Counted from the first letter of the stretch, positions 27,349-36,499 are shown. The stretch: DNA of 64,000 bases from Polaromonas sp. (GCA_043718065.1 JAYSWJ010000086.1:8456-72455); one strand, 5' to 3'. Notes: generated from the letters alone by a model not told the origin. Translations and numbers: made by a program.

Positions 27349-28236
27349 ATGGCACGTAAATCCACCGCAACCCCGCAAGACAAAGACGCGACCGATGCCG
27401 CTGTCACGCTGCAGCCGCTGAACCAGATGGCCATCATCACCAATGAGACCGAGGAGCGCGTGTTTGCGCTGGCTCAGGAGCTGGGCTATGCCGGGTCGCT
27501 CACGTTGGGCGGCGTCGAAGACGAGCTTCGCTTTTACCAACACCGCACCGTAGAGGCGATGCTGGAGCTGGGTAAGCGCCTGTTAATTCTGAAAGAAGTC
27601 AGCCCGCACGGCGAGTTTGAGCGACGTGCTGAGCTGCTGGGCTTTGCCTTATCGAGCGCTCAACGGTTTATGAGTGCTGCTAAAAAAGTGGCCAAATCCC
27701 CCCCCGCGGGTCTTTTGGCCTCCAAAGTTAAAGATCAAAAAGCCTTTTTAGAGCTTATTACACATGACGATGACGTTGTCGAAAACCTTGGGAGTATGGA
27801 CAATTTTGATCGCATGAGCGCCAGCCAACTGCGCGCTGCAGCGCGGGATTTGATGCGCAATTTGGGCTCGGCGGAAGAGATATCAGCGGCTAAATCCGAC
27901 AAGCTAGTAAAAATGGAGCTGCAGCTCAAAAGAAAACAGGTAGCCTGCACAGATTGGCCTGACGCTTTCTCGGTTCTGATGGATCAGACCGTTTGTGCGG
28001 GCAAAGATTTGCACAAAGCGCTTGATGCGCTCAAGGCGGTGTTGCAAACGGCTATTCAAGTGCGCCCAGAGGGCGATCAAGAAGAGGCCAGCCTCATCAG
28101 GGCTCAAGACAGTTTGGCTGAAGTAATGCAGGCCACTCTTAGTAAGGCCTGCAAGCGCAGCGCAGAGCTGGCGCTGCTGTTTGACCAGACTATCTCGCCC
28201 GGCACAACAGCTGGCTTTGTGGAGCAGCCAGCATGA
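27349..28236 (+). CDS. DUF3102-like phage protein
   Basis: The segment HRTVEAMLELGKRLLILKEVSPHGEFERRAELLGFALSSAQRFMSAAKK matches my recollection of the DUF3102 core. Confidence 0.45.
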   Translation: MARKSTATPQDKDATDAAVTLQPLNQMAIITNETEERVFALAQELGYAGSLTLGGVEDELRFYQHRTVEAMLELGKRLLILKEVSPHGEFERRAELLGFALSSAQRFMSAAKKVAKSPPAGLLASKVKDQKAFLELITHDDDVVENLGSMDNFDRMSASQLRAAARDLMRNLGSAEEISAAKSDKLVKMELQLKRKQVACTDWPDAFSVLMDQTVCAGKDLHKALDALKAVLQTAIQVRPEGDQEEASLIRAQDSLAEVMQATLSKACKRSAELALLFDQTISPGTTAGFVEQPA

Positions 28237-28457
28237 GTATGCTGACCCTGCCCTTGGTGTCCATGACATCAGATCAGGCGCTGCGCCGAATATTTTTGGC
28301 CGCCAATCATGCTGAGATGTTGGTGCATCTTTGCCATGCTGGCCAAGATTTACCTCCGACTGAGCGCGAAGAGTATTCGCAAGAGCTGAGGGATGTGATC
28401 GGCAGCATTCGTAAATTGGTTCACGCGGCAGCGCCGCAAATTGCTTACCCAGAGTGA
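28233..28457 (+). CDS. Phage early hypothetical protein
   Basis: A 74-aa ORF coupled to the upstream gene. Confidence 0.35.
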   Translation: MSMLTLPLVSMTSDQALRRIFLAANHAEMLVHLCHAGQDLPPTEREEYSQELRDVIGSIRKLVHAAAPQIAYPE

Positions 28458-28461
28458 ATTT

Positions 28462-30264
28462 ATGGACAAGACCCTGCCATCAGACCTGGTGCGTGAGCTG
28501 CTTGCGCTGCATGATGCCCATGCGGCCACCGGGCACGGCCTGCGCCAACAGCTGCTTAACGACTTTGCTGCGGCGAAAGGTGTTTCTTTGCATAAGGTGT
28601 ATGGCTGGCTGCGCCAGCACACGGGTTTTAAGCCGCTGCGTAAAAAACGCAGCGACAGCGGCTCTACTATTTTGGCCAAAGACGCGCTGCTTTTTATGGC
28701 GGCAAGTATGAGCGAAAGTGTGCGCAACACTGGTGTGGCCACTAAGCCCATACCTGTAGCGATGAATATCGCGCACACCAACGGCTTCGATGTCAATGTG
28801 TCGGCCAGCACTATAGGCCGACAGTTGCGCCAAGGCAGACTAGATGTGGTGGCTCAAGCCCAAGCCCGCAACCACCTGCGTCAGCGTAGTTTGTACCCCA
28901 ACCATGTGCACCAGATCGACCCCTCGCTTTGCCTGATCTATTACATGGGCGGGCGTCAGCACATGGTGCGTGAACAGGAATTTAACAAAAACAAGCCTGC
29001 CGCTGCTGACAAGATCAAGCTGAAGGTGTGGCGCTACGTGCGCTACGACCATGCCAGCGGCACACTGGATGTACGTTATTACGAAGCGGCGGGTGAGAAC
29101 CAGCACAGTCTGTTTGAGTTTATTTGCCACACGTGGGCAAAGCATGATAAGCGCGTCAGCTATGGAGTGCCCAAAATGCTGCTGTGGGACAAAGGCAGTG
29201 CCAATACGAGCACGGGTATTAAGCGCCTGTTAGACGCGCTGCTCGTCAACCACGCAACCCACGCCACACACCATGCATGGGTTAAGGGTGGTGTCGAGAG
29301 CGGCAACTGGATTGTGGAGCGCCACTTTGAAAGCCGCCTGAAAGACGAGCCAGTGGACAACATAGCGCAGCTTAACGCGAGCGCCGAGAACTGGGTGCGA
29401 GACTATAACGCCAATGTTATGCATCACATCGACAGCCGCATCGTGCGTGATGACGGCAAGCGTAATGTGCGCGATGACTTGTGGAGCTTGATTGCGCATA
29501 CGCCTGAGGTTTTAATCGAGATGCCTGCGCGGGATGTGTGCGCCTATTTCATGCGGGGCAAAGACGACACGCGCCAGGTGCGCAATGGCCATATTAGCTT
29601 TGTGCATCCGCAATCTGGTAAGAGCGAGCTGTACAACCTGCAAGACTATGCGCACGAGTTTGCCAATGGTGAGACCCTGAAGGTCAGCCCTATGCTCTTA
29701 GGTGACTGCGTTTTACGCGTAGAAATAACGCTCAACAACCAGTCGCCCCTGCACGTTGAGGTCAAGCCCGAGCGTGACTTTGATGCCTTTGGCCGCACTA
29801 TGAGTGCGGTGGTGATGGGCGAAGAGCGCCGCACGGCGCCGCATACTGCTGCGCAAGAAGCGGCCAAGCAAATAGCGCTGACAGCCTACGGCTCAACCTC
29901 GCTTGCAGAGGCCGAAGCTAAGCGTACAAAAAACGTTCGGCCATTTGCACATTTCAACGATGGCAAAGGCGTCGTGGCGCACAGTCATCTTGGTGCTGAC
30001 GATCTGCCGTCAAGGCTACTGCCTGCTCCGCAGGCTATTGAGTCAATTGATGCGGATTCGCTGCATGCATCCAAAGTACAGCGCGTACTCAAGGGATTTG
30101 AATTGGCAGCAACGCTAGCAGATATGGGTATTGAAATGAGCCGTGAGCGTAATGCACTGGTTGCACAGTTGCACCCTAATGGGGTGCCAGAGGATGCCTT
30201 GCCTGCTTTGTGCGCCCGCCTGCAGGTACGCGCTGGCCTGCGCATCGTAGGGGGTGATGTATGA
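28462..30264 (+). CDS. Mu-type DDE transposase (MuA-like)
   Basis: About 600 aa. Candidate DDE residues are in HQIDPS, LLWDKGSANTS and VKGGVESGN. There is an N-terminal DNA-binding region. A MuB-like gene follows with an ATGA overlap. Confidence 0.85.
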   Translation: MDKTLPSDLVRELLALHDAHAATGHGLRQQLLNDFAAAKGVSLHKVYGWLRQHTGFKPLRKKRSDSGSTILAKDALLFMAASMSESVRNTGVATKPIPVAMNIAHTNGFDVNVSASTIGRQLRQGRLDVVAQAQARNHLRQRSLYPNHVHQIDPSLCLIYYMGGRQHMVREQEFNKNKPAAADKIKLKVWRYVRYDHASGTLDVRYYEAAGENQHSLFEFICHTWAKHDKRVSYGVPKMLLWDKGSANTSTGIKRLLDALLVNHATHATHHAWVKGGVESGNWIVERHFESRLKDEPVDNIAQLNASAENWVRDYNANVMHHIDSRIVRDDGKRNVRDDLWSLIAHTPEVLIEMPARDVCAYFMRGKDDTRQVRNGHISFVHPQSGKSELYNLQDYAHEFANGETLKVSPMLLGDCVLRVEITLNNQSPLHVEVKPERDFDAFGRTMSAVVMGEERRTAPHTAAQEAAKQIALTAYGSTSLAEAEAKRTKNVRPFAHFNDGKGVVAHSHLGADDLPSRLLPAPQAIESIDADSLHASKVQRVLKGFELAATLADMGIEMSRERNALVAQLHPNGVPEDALPALCARLQVRAGLRIVGGDV

Positions 30265-31469
30265 GCGCCCTGAGCCTTTTACTGACCCAGCTGGGATTGA
30301 CCCAAAGCGACCTGGTCAAAAGCCTGCGCCTGACGCGCAGCACGGTCAGCCGCATGGTGTCTACCGGGCAATGGCCTGCGCGCGGTGGTGCCCAGGTGCG
30401 TGATGAAGTGGTGGCCTATTTGCGCATGCAAGGTGCCATGCTGGTGGCTTTGCGCACCCTGCCGCCCATAACGCCAGCCCCCAATAAGTTGGCCCCAGCA
30501 AGTGTGCAACCTGCTGAGGCCGAATCCCCCGGAGCTCTGCTCTCAAACGTTACCCCAAAGGAAGACCCTATGTTACTGCAAAACGAAGCCCTCACGCCAG
30601 AGGCAAAAGCACATTTTGGGCTGCTGCGCAACCCATTCGTCGATGATATACAAAGCTGCGCCGACGTGTACCAGACGCAGCCCATCGCCAACGTGCGCGC
30701 CGCCCTGCTAGACGCAGCGCTGAACCACGGCTTTATCGGCGTGGTGGGCGAAAGCGGCTCGGGCAAAAGCACGCTGGCCGAAGACCTGGAGGAGCGCGTC
30801 AAAGCCGACAAGCGCGACATCATTATTATTCGCCCCTACGTGCTGGCAATGGAGGCGAACGACAATGCAGGCAAGACGCTGAAAAGCAGCCAAATTGCCG
30901 AGGCCATAGCCCATGCGCTAGACCCGAGACTAAAGGTTAAAAGCAGTGCACAAGCCCGATTTACCCAGGTGCACGATCTGCTCAAGGCCAGCCGCAACAC
31001 CGGCACACGCCACCTGCTTTTGATCGAAGAGGCGCACTGCCTGCCCACCGCTACGCTCAAGCACTTGAAGCGCTTTTTAGAGCTCAAAGACGGCATGCGC
31101 CGCACGCTGGGGGTGGCGCTGATTGCCCAGCCCGAGCTGCTGCGCCTTTTAAACAGCAACAACGGCGAGGTGCGCGAGGTAATGCAGCGCTGCGAGCTGG
31201 TGACCCTGCCGCCGCTGGACGGCGACTTAGAGGGCTACCTGCGCCACAAGCTGCGCAACAGCAGCGCAAGTTTTGATGCCGTGTTTGGCAAAGACGCGAT
31301 AGATGCCATACGCCAGCGCCTGATCTACATGCCCCGCGACGGCAAAGCCAAAGACGCGCAAAGCCAGTGCTACCCCCTGATGGTGAACAACCTGGTATGC
31401 CGCGCCATGAACGCCGCTACCAAGGCAGGCTGGCCCACGGTCGACGCACAAGTCATTGCCAAGTGCTAA
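30261..31469 (+). CDS. MuB-like / ExeA-type AAA+ ATPase transposition protein
   Basis: It has an N-terminal HTH (LTQSDLVKSLRLTRSTVSRM), Walker A (GESGSGKST) and Walker B (LLLIEEAH). Confidence 0.8.
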   Translation: MSALSLLLTQLGLTQSDLVKSLRLTRSTVSRMVSTGQWPARGGAQVRDEVVAYLRMQGAMLVALRTLPPITPAPNKLAPASVQPAEAESPGALLSNVTPKEDPMLLQNEALTPEAKAHFGLLRNPFVDDIQSCADVYQTQPIANVRAALLDAALNHGFIGVVGESGSGKSTLAEDLEERVKADKRDIIIIRPYVLAMEANDNAGKTLKSSQIAEAIAHALDPRLKVKSSAQARFTQVHDLLKASRNTGTRHLLLIEEAHCLPTATLKHLKRFLELKDGMRRTLGVALIAQPELLRLLNSNNGEVREVMQRCELVTLPPLDGDLEGYLRHKLRNSSASFDAVFGKDAIDAIRQRLIYMPRDGKAKDAQSQCYPLMVNNLVCRAMNAATKAGWPTVDAQVIAKC

Positions 31470-31507
31470 GCCCCACAACACACAACACAACCCCAGGAGA
31501 CACAACC

Positions 31508-31915
31508 ATGCTGTGCCAAGTTAAATTAATCCGCCCCGATGGTAGCCGCGCGCGCCATGTAGGCCACTACCCCAACCCCGGCATGGCAATGGATGTGCTG
31601 CAGGCGCTGCACCCTGACTGCAGCGTGAATGCAGCGGTGGCTCTAAAGGCTACGGCTACGCAAGGCAGCACGCCACCAGTAGGCCGCAGCTGCGACGAGC
31701 TGGGCGTATGCCAGAGCATCACCAGGGCTTGCCCGCCGCACACCATATGTGCCCGCAAAACCGGCAGCTTTTACTTCGCGCCTGGTGCAATCGACGCGGG
31801 CAAAAATGAGCCTCGCAACCACGGCGGCTGGGTGCTAGACACCCTATGGTACGACTGGGCCGCAGGCTTAATCATCCTGGCCATTTTGGGCGCTATTTGC
31901 GGGTGGCTGCAATGA
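31508..31915 (+). CDS. Cys-rich protein with C-terminal TM anchor
   Basis: There is an AGGAGA RBS 8 nt upstream. The C-terminal TM is WAAGLIILAILGAICGWL. Confidence 0.4.
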   Translation: MLCQVKLIRPDGSRARHVGHYPNPGMAMDVLQALHPDCSVNAAVALKATATQGSTPPVGRSCDELGVCQSITRACPPHTICARKTGSFYFAPGAIDAGKNEPRNHGGWVLDTLWYDWAAGLIILAILGAICGWLQ

Positions 31916-32199
31916 AATTACGCGGCTTCGTTCGCCGGGCCTGCCTTTGGCAGCTGATGGAGGAAGGGCAGTTGTCTGTGAAACAGCTGGCCCTGCTGAT
32001 CGGTGTAGATACCAACATTATGTTTCAAGCGCTGCACTACCTGCTGGGCCGCGGACTCGTGCAGGTTGACCCTGTGAAGGTGCGCATTGACGGCGCGCGC
32101 GGCGTGTTTATTTATGGCCTAACGCGTGCAGGTGCCGAGCTGGCGCTGACGCTAGAGCCGCAAGATGCGACGGCAGATGGCGCGGCGCTGACTGTTTAA
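31912..32199 (+). CDS. Small winged-helix-like protein
   Basis: It has an ATGA overlap with the upstream gene. The supporting segment is LSVKQLALLIGVDTNIMFQALHYLLGRGLV. Confidence 0.4.
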   Translation: MKLRGFVRRACLWQLMEEGQLSVKQLALLIGVDTNIMFQALHYLLGRGLVQVDPVKVRIDGARGVFIYGLTRAGAELALTLEPQDATADGAALTV

Positions 32200-32214
32200 C
32201 TACGGAGAACCCCT

Positions 32215-32556
32215 ATGAGCACCACCCCACCTTTGGACAGCCTGGCCATCATTGTGCTGCACCACCTGCAGTCACGCGTGGGCAAGCACAGCGGCATCAG
32301 CGCGGCAGCGTTGTCGGCGCTGACGGGCCTGCCGCAGCGCACGCAGCGCAGCGCTATCAGCCTGCTGCGCGAGGCGGGGCATGCGGTGGTGGGTACACCC
32401 GAGACGGGCTACTACATGGCTGCCAACGCGCAGGAGCTGCGCGAGTGCTGCGCTTTCCTGCGCAGCCGTGCCCTGCACAGCCTAGTGATTGAGGCGCGGC
32501 TGATGCGCCTGAGCCTGCCGCAGCTGCTGGGGCAGATCAGCCTTGAGATGGCTTAA
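32215..32556 (+). CDS. Small winged-helix-like protein
   Basis: The supporting segment is ISAAALSALTGLPQRTQRSAISLLREAGHAVV. Confidence 0.4.
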   Translation: MSTTPPLDSLAIIVLHHLQSRVGKHSGISAAALSALTGLPQRTQRSAISLLREAGHAVVGTPETGYYMAANAQELRECCAFLRSRALHSLVIEARLMRLSLPQLLGQISLEMA

Positions 32557-32581
32557 ATTATTTTTACCTGGAGAAGAAACG

Positions 32582-33154
32582 ATGACTGAATTAGAAAAGC
32601 TGCAAACCGCAGCATTGCACCTGTCGCACTACACCGACGAGCTGCGCGCCGAGCTGCTGCTGCTGGACGCAGAGCTGACCGCGGCCAAAAACGCGCACAT
32701 GCTGAGCATACGAGCGTTGACGCGCAAAGTAATCAAAGCCCAAGCGACGCTGGCCGAGGGCATCAAGGCGCAGCCTGCTTTGTTTGAAAAGCCGCGTACC
32801 TTCATCGTCGAAGGCATCAAGTTTGGCCTGCGCAAGCAGGTGGGCAAGATGGACTGGGCCGACGATGTGCAGCTGGTGCAGCGCCTGGACGAGCTGTTTG
32901 CCAAAGGCGAGGTCAGTCTGGTGCAATACGAGCAAGCGATAGAGACGCGCTATGCCGTAGTCGCCAAGGGCCTGGAAAAGCTGGACGCCAAAACCTTAAA
33001 ACGCCTGGGCGTCACGGTAGAGGCTGACAGCGACGCGGTAGAGATTAAAAGCGTGGATGGCGATGTAGAAAAAATGGTTAAAGCTGTCATCAAAGACGCC
33101 ATGCGCGATGCGGCCAATGATGCCGACGCAGCGCCCCAGCCGGAGCGTGCGTGA
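32582..33154 (+). CDS. gam: Host-nuclease inhibitor Gam-like protein
   Basis: There is a GGAGAAG RBS. An N-terminal coiled coil is followed by a KPRTF.VEGIKFGLRK... beta region. Architecture and position resemble Mu Gam. Confidence 0.5.
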   Translation: MTELEKLQTAALHLSHYTDELRAELLLLDAELTAAKNAHMLSIRALTRKVIKAQATLAEGIKAQPALFEKPRTFIVEGIKFGLRKQVGKMDWADDVQLVQRLDELFAKGEVSLVQYEQAIETRYAVVAKGLEKLDAKTLKRLGVTVEADSDAVEIKSVDGDVEKMVKAVIKDAMRDAANDADAAPQPERA

Positions 33155-33363
33155 TGAGCAGCATACAAGTGGCCAAAGGCCTTATGCAGTACGCAGGCAT
33201 AGCGCCTGAGCCCCAGCAGTGCCAGGCGTGCATGTATGGCACCAGCACCAGCCAAGACTATGCCGGGCGCTACCACTGCAGCAAGGGCGGTTTTTTTGTC
33301 GCTGCAGTCGCGGGTTGTAGTGAGTGGACTCGTATGTTAAATGTACGACCGGGGGACGTATGA
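33151..33363 (+). CDS. Small Cys-containing protein (CxxC...C...C)
   Basis: A 70-aa ORF with ATGA overlaps on both sides. Confidence 0.35.
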   Translation: MMSSIQVAKGLMQYAGIAPEPQQCQACMYGTSTSQDYAGRYHCSKGGFFVAAVAGCSEWTRMLNVRPGDV

Positions 33364-33557
33364 CTATCAAAGCACAAAGCATGTGGAGCCAAAGCGAGCA
33401 GCCCACAGTCAGCGAAGGCTGGCATCACTACTGCGAAGGCAAGCCCATTACGGCCAACCCCTACCCTGCCGTCTGCCAGCAAAGCCTGCGCGACCACTGG
33501 CTGTGGGAGCAGGGATGGTACCAAGCCGACACGGCCCGAGTTCACAAAAAAGATTAA
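33360..33557 (+). CDS. Small Rmf/CrpP-like protein
   Basis: The segment GWHHYCEGKPITANPYPAVCQQSLRDHWLWEQGWYQA resembles the Rmf/CrpP pattern G..G....PY....R..W..GW..A. Confidence 0.35.
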   Translation: MTIKAQSMWSQSEQPTVSEGWHHYCEGKPITANPYPAVCQQSLRDHWLWEQGWYQADTARVHKKD

Positions 33558-33597
33558 TCAGTTGTCTCCTAGAGCGTTTGGAATGCGCTCTATTTCA

Positions 33598-33630
33598 CCC
33601 CGGCGTGGTTCGCCATGCCGGGGCTTTTTT
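33598..33630 (+). terminator. Rho-independent terminator inside the early region
   Basis: The stem is CCCCGGCGTGG / CCATGCCGGGG with one G:U pair and loop TTCG. It is followed by CTTTTTT. Confidence 0.65.
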
Positions 33631-33672
33631 CAAAGCCTTCATACCGAGGGCTTCGCAAAAAGCAAACTAACC

Positions 33673-34206
33673 ATGCAACCAACCATTCTTACCCGCAGCG
33701 GCAACCTATTTAACTTTCTGCATCCAGAGTTCAGCGATTTCGACATCAAAGACATTGCGCACGCTCTGAGTCATATTTGCCGATTTACTGGTCATACCAA
33801 ACGCTTCTACAGCGTGGCGCAGCACAGCGTGGCGGTATCACATCTAGTGCCGCCTAAGTTGGCCATGCAAGGCCTGCTACACGATGCTGCCGAGGCGTTT
33901 ATTGGTGATGTGGCCAAGCCACTCAAAATGTTGCTGCCGGATTATGCTGTGATAGAGCGGGTAGTTGAGACTGAGGTATTAAGCCGCTTCGGTCTGGATG
34001 TAGATTTAGACCCAAAAGTAAAGCAGGCGGATTACTTGCAGTTACGCATCGAGATGCGTGACTTGATGCCTGCGCGTGCTGGATATATGGGGGAAACACT
34101 GCTTGGTCTGGCGTTTTGCGAGTACCCAAAAATACAACTACTAAGCGCCAATGATGCGCGGCATTTGTTTACCAAGAGGTTTATTGAGTTGGGTGGTGTG
34201 GCATGA
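33673..34206 (+). CDS. HD-domain phosphohydrolase (YfbR-like 5'-deoxynucleotidase type)
   Basis: The H...HD...D motif is present: AQHSVAVSHL, GLLHDAAEAFIGDV. Confidence 0.7.
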   Translation: MQPTILTRSGNLFNFLHPEFSDFDIKDIAHALSHICRFTGHTKRFYSVAQHSVAVSHLVPPKLAMQGLLHDAAEAFIGDVAKPLKMLLPDYAVIERVVETEVLSRFGLDVDLDPKVKQADYLQLRIEMRDLMPARAGYMGETLLGLAFCEYPKIQLLSANDARHLFTKRFIELGGVA

Positions 34207-34535
34207 GCACTTTTAAAAAAGTAACGCTTGAACAGCTGTGCCAGCATGTAGTCAATACTGATGGCTTCAATGGCAATGTCATGGCATTGGATGTCTTGCA
34301 TGTTTTGGAAATCGCCTTGAAGCGATGTATCGGTTTTAACGTGATCGTAGATGGCTCGATGGATGTTGATTTGGGCAATGGACATGTGTTGCATTGCTTT
34401 GTGGGCCTTAGTCAGGGCCTGGCATCAAAAGTTACTTCGACGTCCAAGAAAGCAGCCAAAACACCAGCACCACGCCAATCTACTGGTGCTTGGAATCAAG
34501 CCAGCACATCCTTGGCAAGGATACCCAAAACATGA
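34203..34535 (+). CDS. Phage hypothetical protein
   Basis: The ORF is coupled by an ATGA overlap to the HD gene. It lies in an AT-richer segment. Confidence 0.4.
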   Translation: MSTFKKVTLEQLCQHVVNTDGFNGNVMALDVLHVLEIALKRCIGFNVIVDGSMDVDLGNGHVLHCFVGLSQGLASKVTSTSKKAAKTPAPRQSTGAWNQASTSLARIPKT

Positions 34536-34840
34536 GCAATCTAATTAATCAAATCCGGCACGAGCAAATGCTTCTCGCAGAGCGTTTGGTAATTCGCAAT
34601 CTTGAGCGCCAAGGGCTGTCTAAGCCTGCCAGTCATTTAAGCGTGGTTCCTGATCCTGGCAATCCCACCCTTCAATTGTGCGACTTGGTCAAACCCTATC
34701 TGGTAGACGGCCAAAGCCTCTTCGCCAGCAAGTCCATAGTCGTTGCCATCAACGACAGCCAGCCGCTGGCAGACCGGCTGGAAGATATCCAGCTGACGAT
34801 TCGGCTGCTGACCGTGTTAACTGACAAGCTTAAAGGCTGA
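34532..34840 (+). CDS. Phage hypothetical protein
   Basis: The ORF is coupled by an ATGA overlap to the upstream gene. Confidence 0.4.
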   Translation: MSNLINQIRHEQMLLAERLVIRNLERQGLSKPASHLSVVPDPGNPTLQLCDLVKPYLVDGQSLFASKSIVVAINDSQPLADRLEDIQLTIRLLTVLTDKLKG

Positions 34841-34845
34841 GCGCT

Positions 34846-35322
34846 ATGAACCACATCAAAGCGATCCATACCCTAAAGACCAAACTCAAAATGGCCGACG
34901 GCGACTACCGCGCTTTGCTGCAGGGCCTAACCGGCAAAGACAGCTGCAAAAACATGAACCCGGTCGAGCTGGCCAAGGTGCGGTCGCACTTTGACAACCT
35001 GGCGGTGCGTATGGGGGTTGTTGCTGCCAAGCCTGCCTTTGTGCCTAACCCCAAGTTTACGCGGCAGCGGGCAGTGGGCAAGCGGTCGGACAGCGATGCG
35101 GCTGACGATCGCTGGGCCAAAGCACGCACGCTGTGGACGCAGCTGGCGCAGGCGGGCAAGGTGCAGGTGGATACGGACACTGCGCTGCTGGCTTACGTCA
35201 AGCGCCAAACGCAGCTGGAAGCTTGGCGATTTTTAAACGGCCACCAGATCAACATGGTGGTGGAAAGCTTAAAGCGCTGGGTGGCGCGGCCTGTCACACC
35301 AAGCGAGGTGCAACATGGGTAA
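34846..35322 (+). CDS. gemA: GemA / Mu gp16-like regulatory protein (DUF1018)
   Basis: The segment IKAIHTLKTKLKMADGDYRALLQGLTGKDSCKNMNPVELAKV is the DUF1018 signature. Confidence 0.8.
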   Translation: MNHIKAIHTLKTKLKMADGDYRALLQGLTGKDSCKNMNPVELAKVRSHFDNLAVRMGVVAAKPAFVPNPKFTRQRAVGKRSDSDAADDRWAKARTLWTQLAQAGKVQVDTDTALLAYVKRQTQLEAWRFLNGHQINMVVESLKRWVARPVTPSEVQHG

Positions 35323-35728
35323 TTTTGTCAAACCGGCTGATCTGGCCCCTGTCAACGCCGTGACCGGCCCCGACTTGCCCGAGCTGCTGCGCGAGACTAC
35401 CGAGGTGCTGTACTTACAGCTGGTCGACGAGGAGGAGACCCGGCCCAACGCTGCGCGCTGTACACGCCTGGCCCAGATTGCACTGGCGCAGGTGGTACGC
35501 CTAAGCGAACTGATCGGCGGCACCCAGCCCTACTGGCCCTCAGTCAAGTATTTTGCGCTCACAGCCCGCAACCGCGAGATGTGTGCAGAGTTTCGCGGCG
35601 ACTACACCAAGCTGGCCCGCAAGTACAAACTTAGCGAGATCCAGGTGCGAAACATCATCGACCTGTGGCAAAAAGAAAAGTTCTTAGCACGTCAAAATTC
35701 TTTATTTGCGAATGAGGCAACCCGATGA
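35315..35728 (+). CDS. mor: Mor-family transcriptional activator
   Basis: The C-terminus RNREMCAEFRGDYTKLARKYKLSEIQVRNII is a Mor/C-type HTH. It follows gemA as in Mu. Confidence 0.8.
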   Translation: MGNFVKPADLAPVNAVTGPDLPELLRETTEVLYLQLVDEEETRPNAARCTRLAQIALAQVVRLSELIGGTQPYWPSVKYFALTARNREMCAEFRGDYTKLARKYKLSEIQVRNIIDLWQKEKFLARQNSLFANEATR

Positions 35729-36339
35729 TAGTAAAAGAATTTGATTTGACCATGCGAGTTAATGTGTCAAAAACCGTGACCAAGCCAATATCAGTTTTAC
35801 AAATCGACAACCGTTACTGGATAGACCTCCAAGGTGTATTGGAGGCATTGCACCTTAGTTGGCCGCGCTGGAGTATGTACTTCCGTGGCTGTGCTGATAA
35901 ATTTGGTCTACTGCGCCACGAAGATGCCACGCTAATGGGTACGCTGTTGGTGCTCCCAGAGCGTGTGCCAAGCATTGCGTTACACCTGTATGCACTGCCC
36001 GAGATGGCAGGGCGCTGGACAGTGCGAGCCCGCATTAATGGTATGCACGAGTCGTGGGGCCAGACTTGGTCCACTACAAAATTCCAGCACCTGACGGATG
36101 ACGACATGCTGCCACGTAAAGTTAATGCGGCGCTGGTGCGCGCGCTGCATGCCGATTTGGCTGCGGGTGCAAAAATAGATGATGCAGCCGCTCGGCTCGG
36201 CATCGCGGCCAAGACTGCACGGCGCATTAAGAACGGTAGCTTTCCACTTGACAAGCTGGCGGGCGCTGAATGGTTTAAAACATTTGGCGGTGCCAATGCC
36301 GCTAAAACTCGCAGAACAGGGGTAAGTAGCGATTTTTGA
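35725..36339 (+). CDS. Hypothetical protein; possible antirepressor-type (P22_AR_N-like) N-domain plus C-terminal HTH
   Basis: The N-terminal pattern WIDLQGVLEALHLSW....FG......L.LPERVP resembles phage antirepressor N-domains. The C-terminal DDAAARLGIAAKTARRIKNG is HTH-like. The 5' part is AT-richer. Confidence 0.35.
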   Translation: MIVKEFDLTMRVNVSKTVTKPISVLQIDNRYWIDLQGVLEALHLSWPRWSMYFRGCADKFGLLRHEDATLMGTLLVLPERVPSIALHLYALPEMAGRWTVRARINGMHESWGQTWSTTKFQHLTDDDMLPRKVNAALVRALHADLAAGAKIDDAAARLGIAAKTARRIKNGSFPLDKLAGAEWFKTFGGANAAKTRRTGVSSDF

Positions 36340-36341
36340 AG

Positions 36342-36444
36342 GCTGGTTGTCACCAGCGCCTAAGCGGCGCTCTAAAGCGCCTTAAAGGGGCTTAAAATAA
36401 ATAGCCCGGTTTTGCCACAAAACCACAGCGGCAAAAGCCGCGCC
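36342..36444 (+). terminator. Cluster of short hairpins between the early operon end and the late promoter
   Basis: The hairpins are GCTGGT-tgtc-ACCAGC, AGCGCC-taagc-GGCGCT, GGGCT-N10-AGCCC followed by GGTTTT, and GCGGC-aaaa-GCCGC. Confidence 0.3.
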
Positions 36445-36447
36445 AAA

Positions 36448-36465
36448 AACTAAAACAGTTTAGTT
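36448..36465 (+). promoter_or_regulatory. Late-promoter dyad copy 2 (AACTAAAACAGTTTAGTT)
   Basis: It lies exactly 34 nt upstream of the protease/scaffold ATG at 36500. Confidence 0.5.
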
Positions 36466-36499
36466 ATCACGGCACCGCCATCGGCACGACATTACGTGC

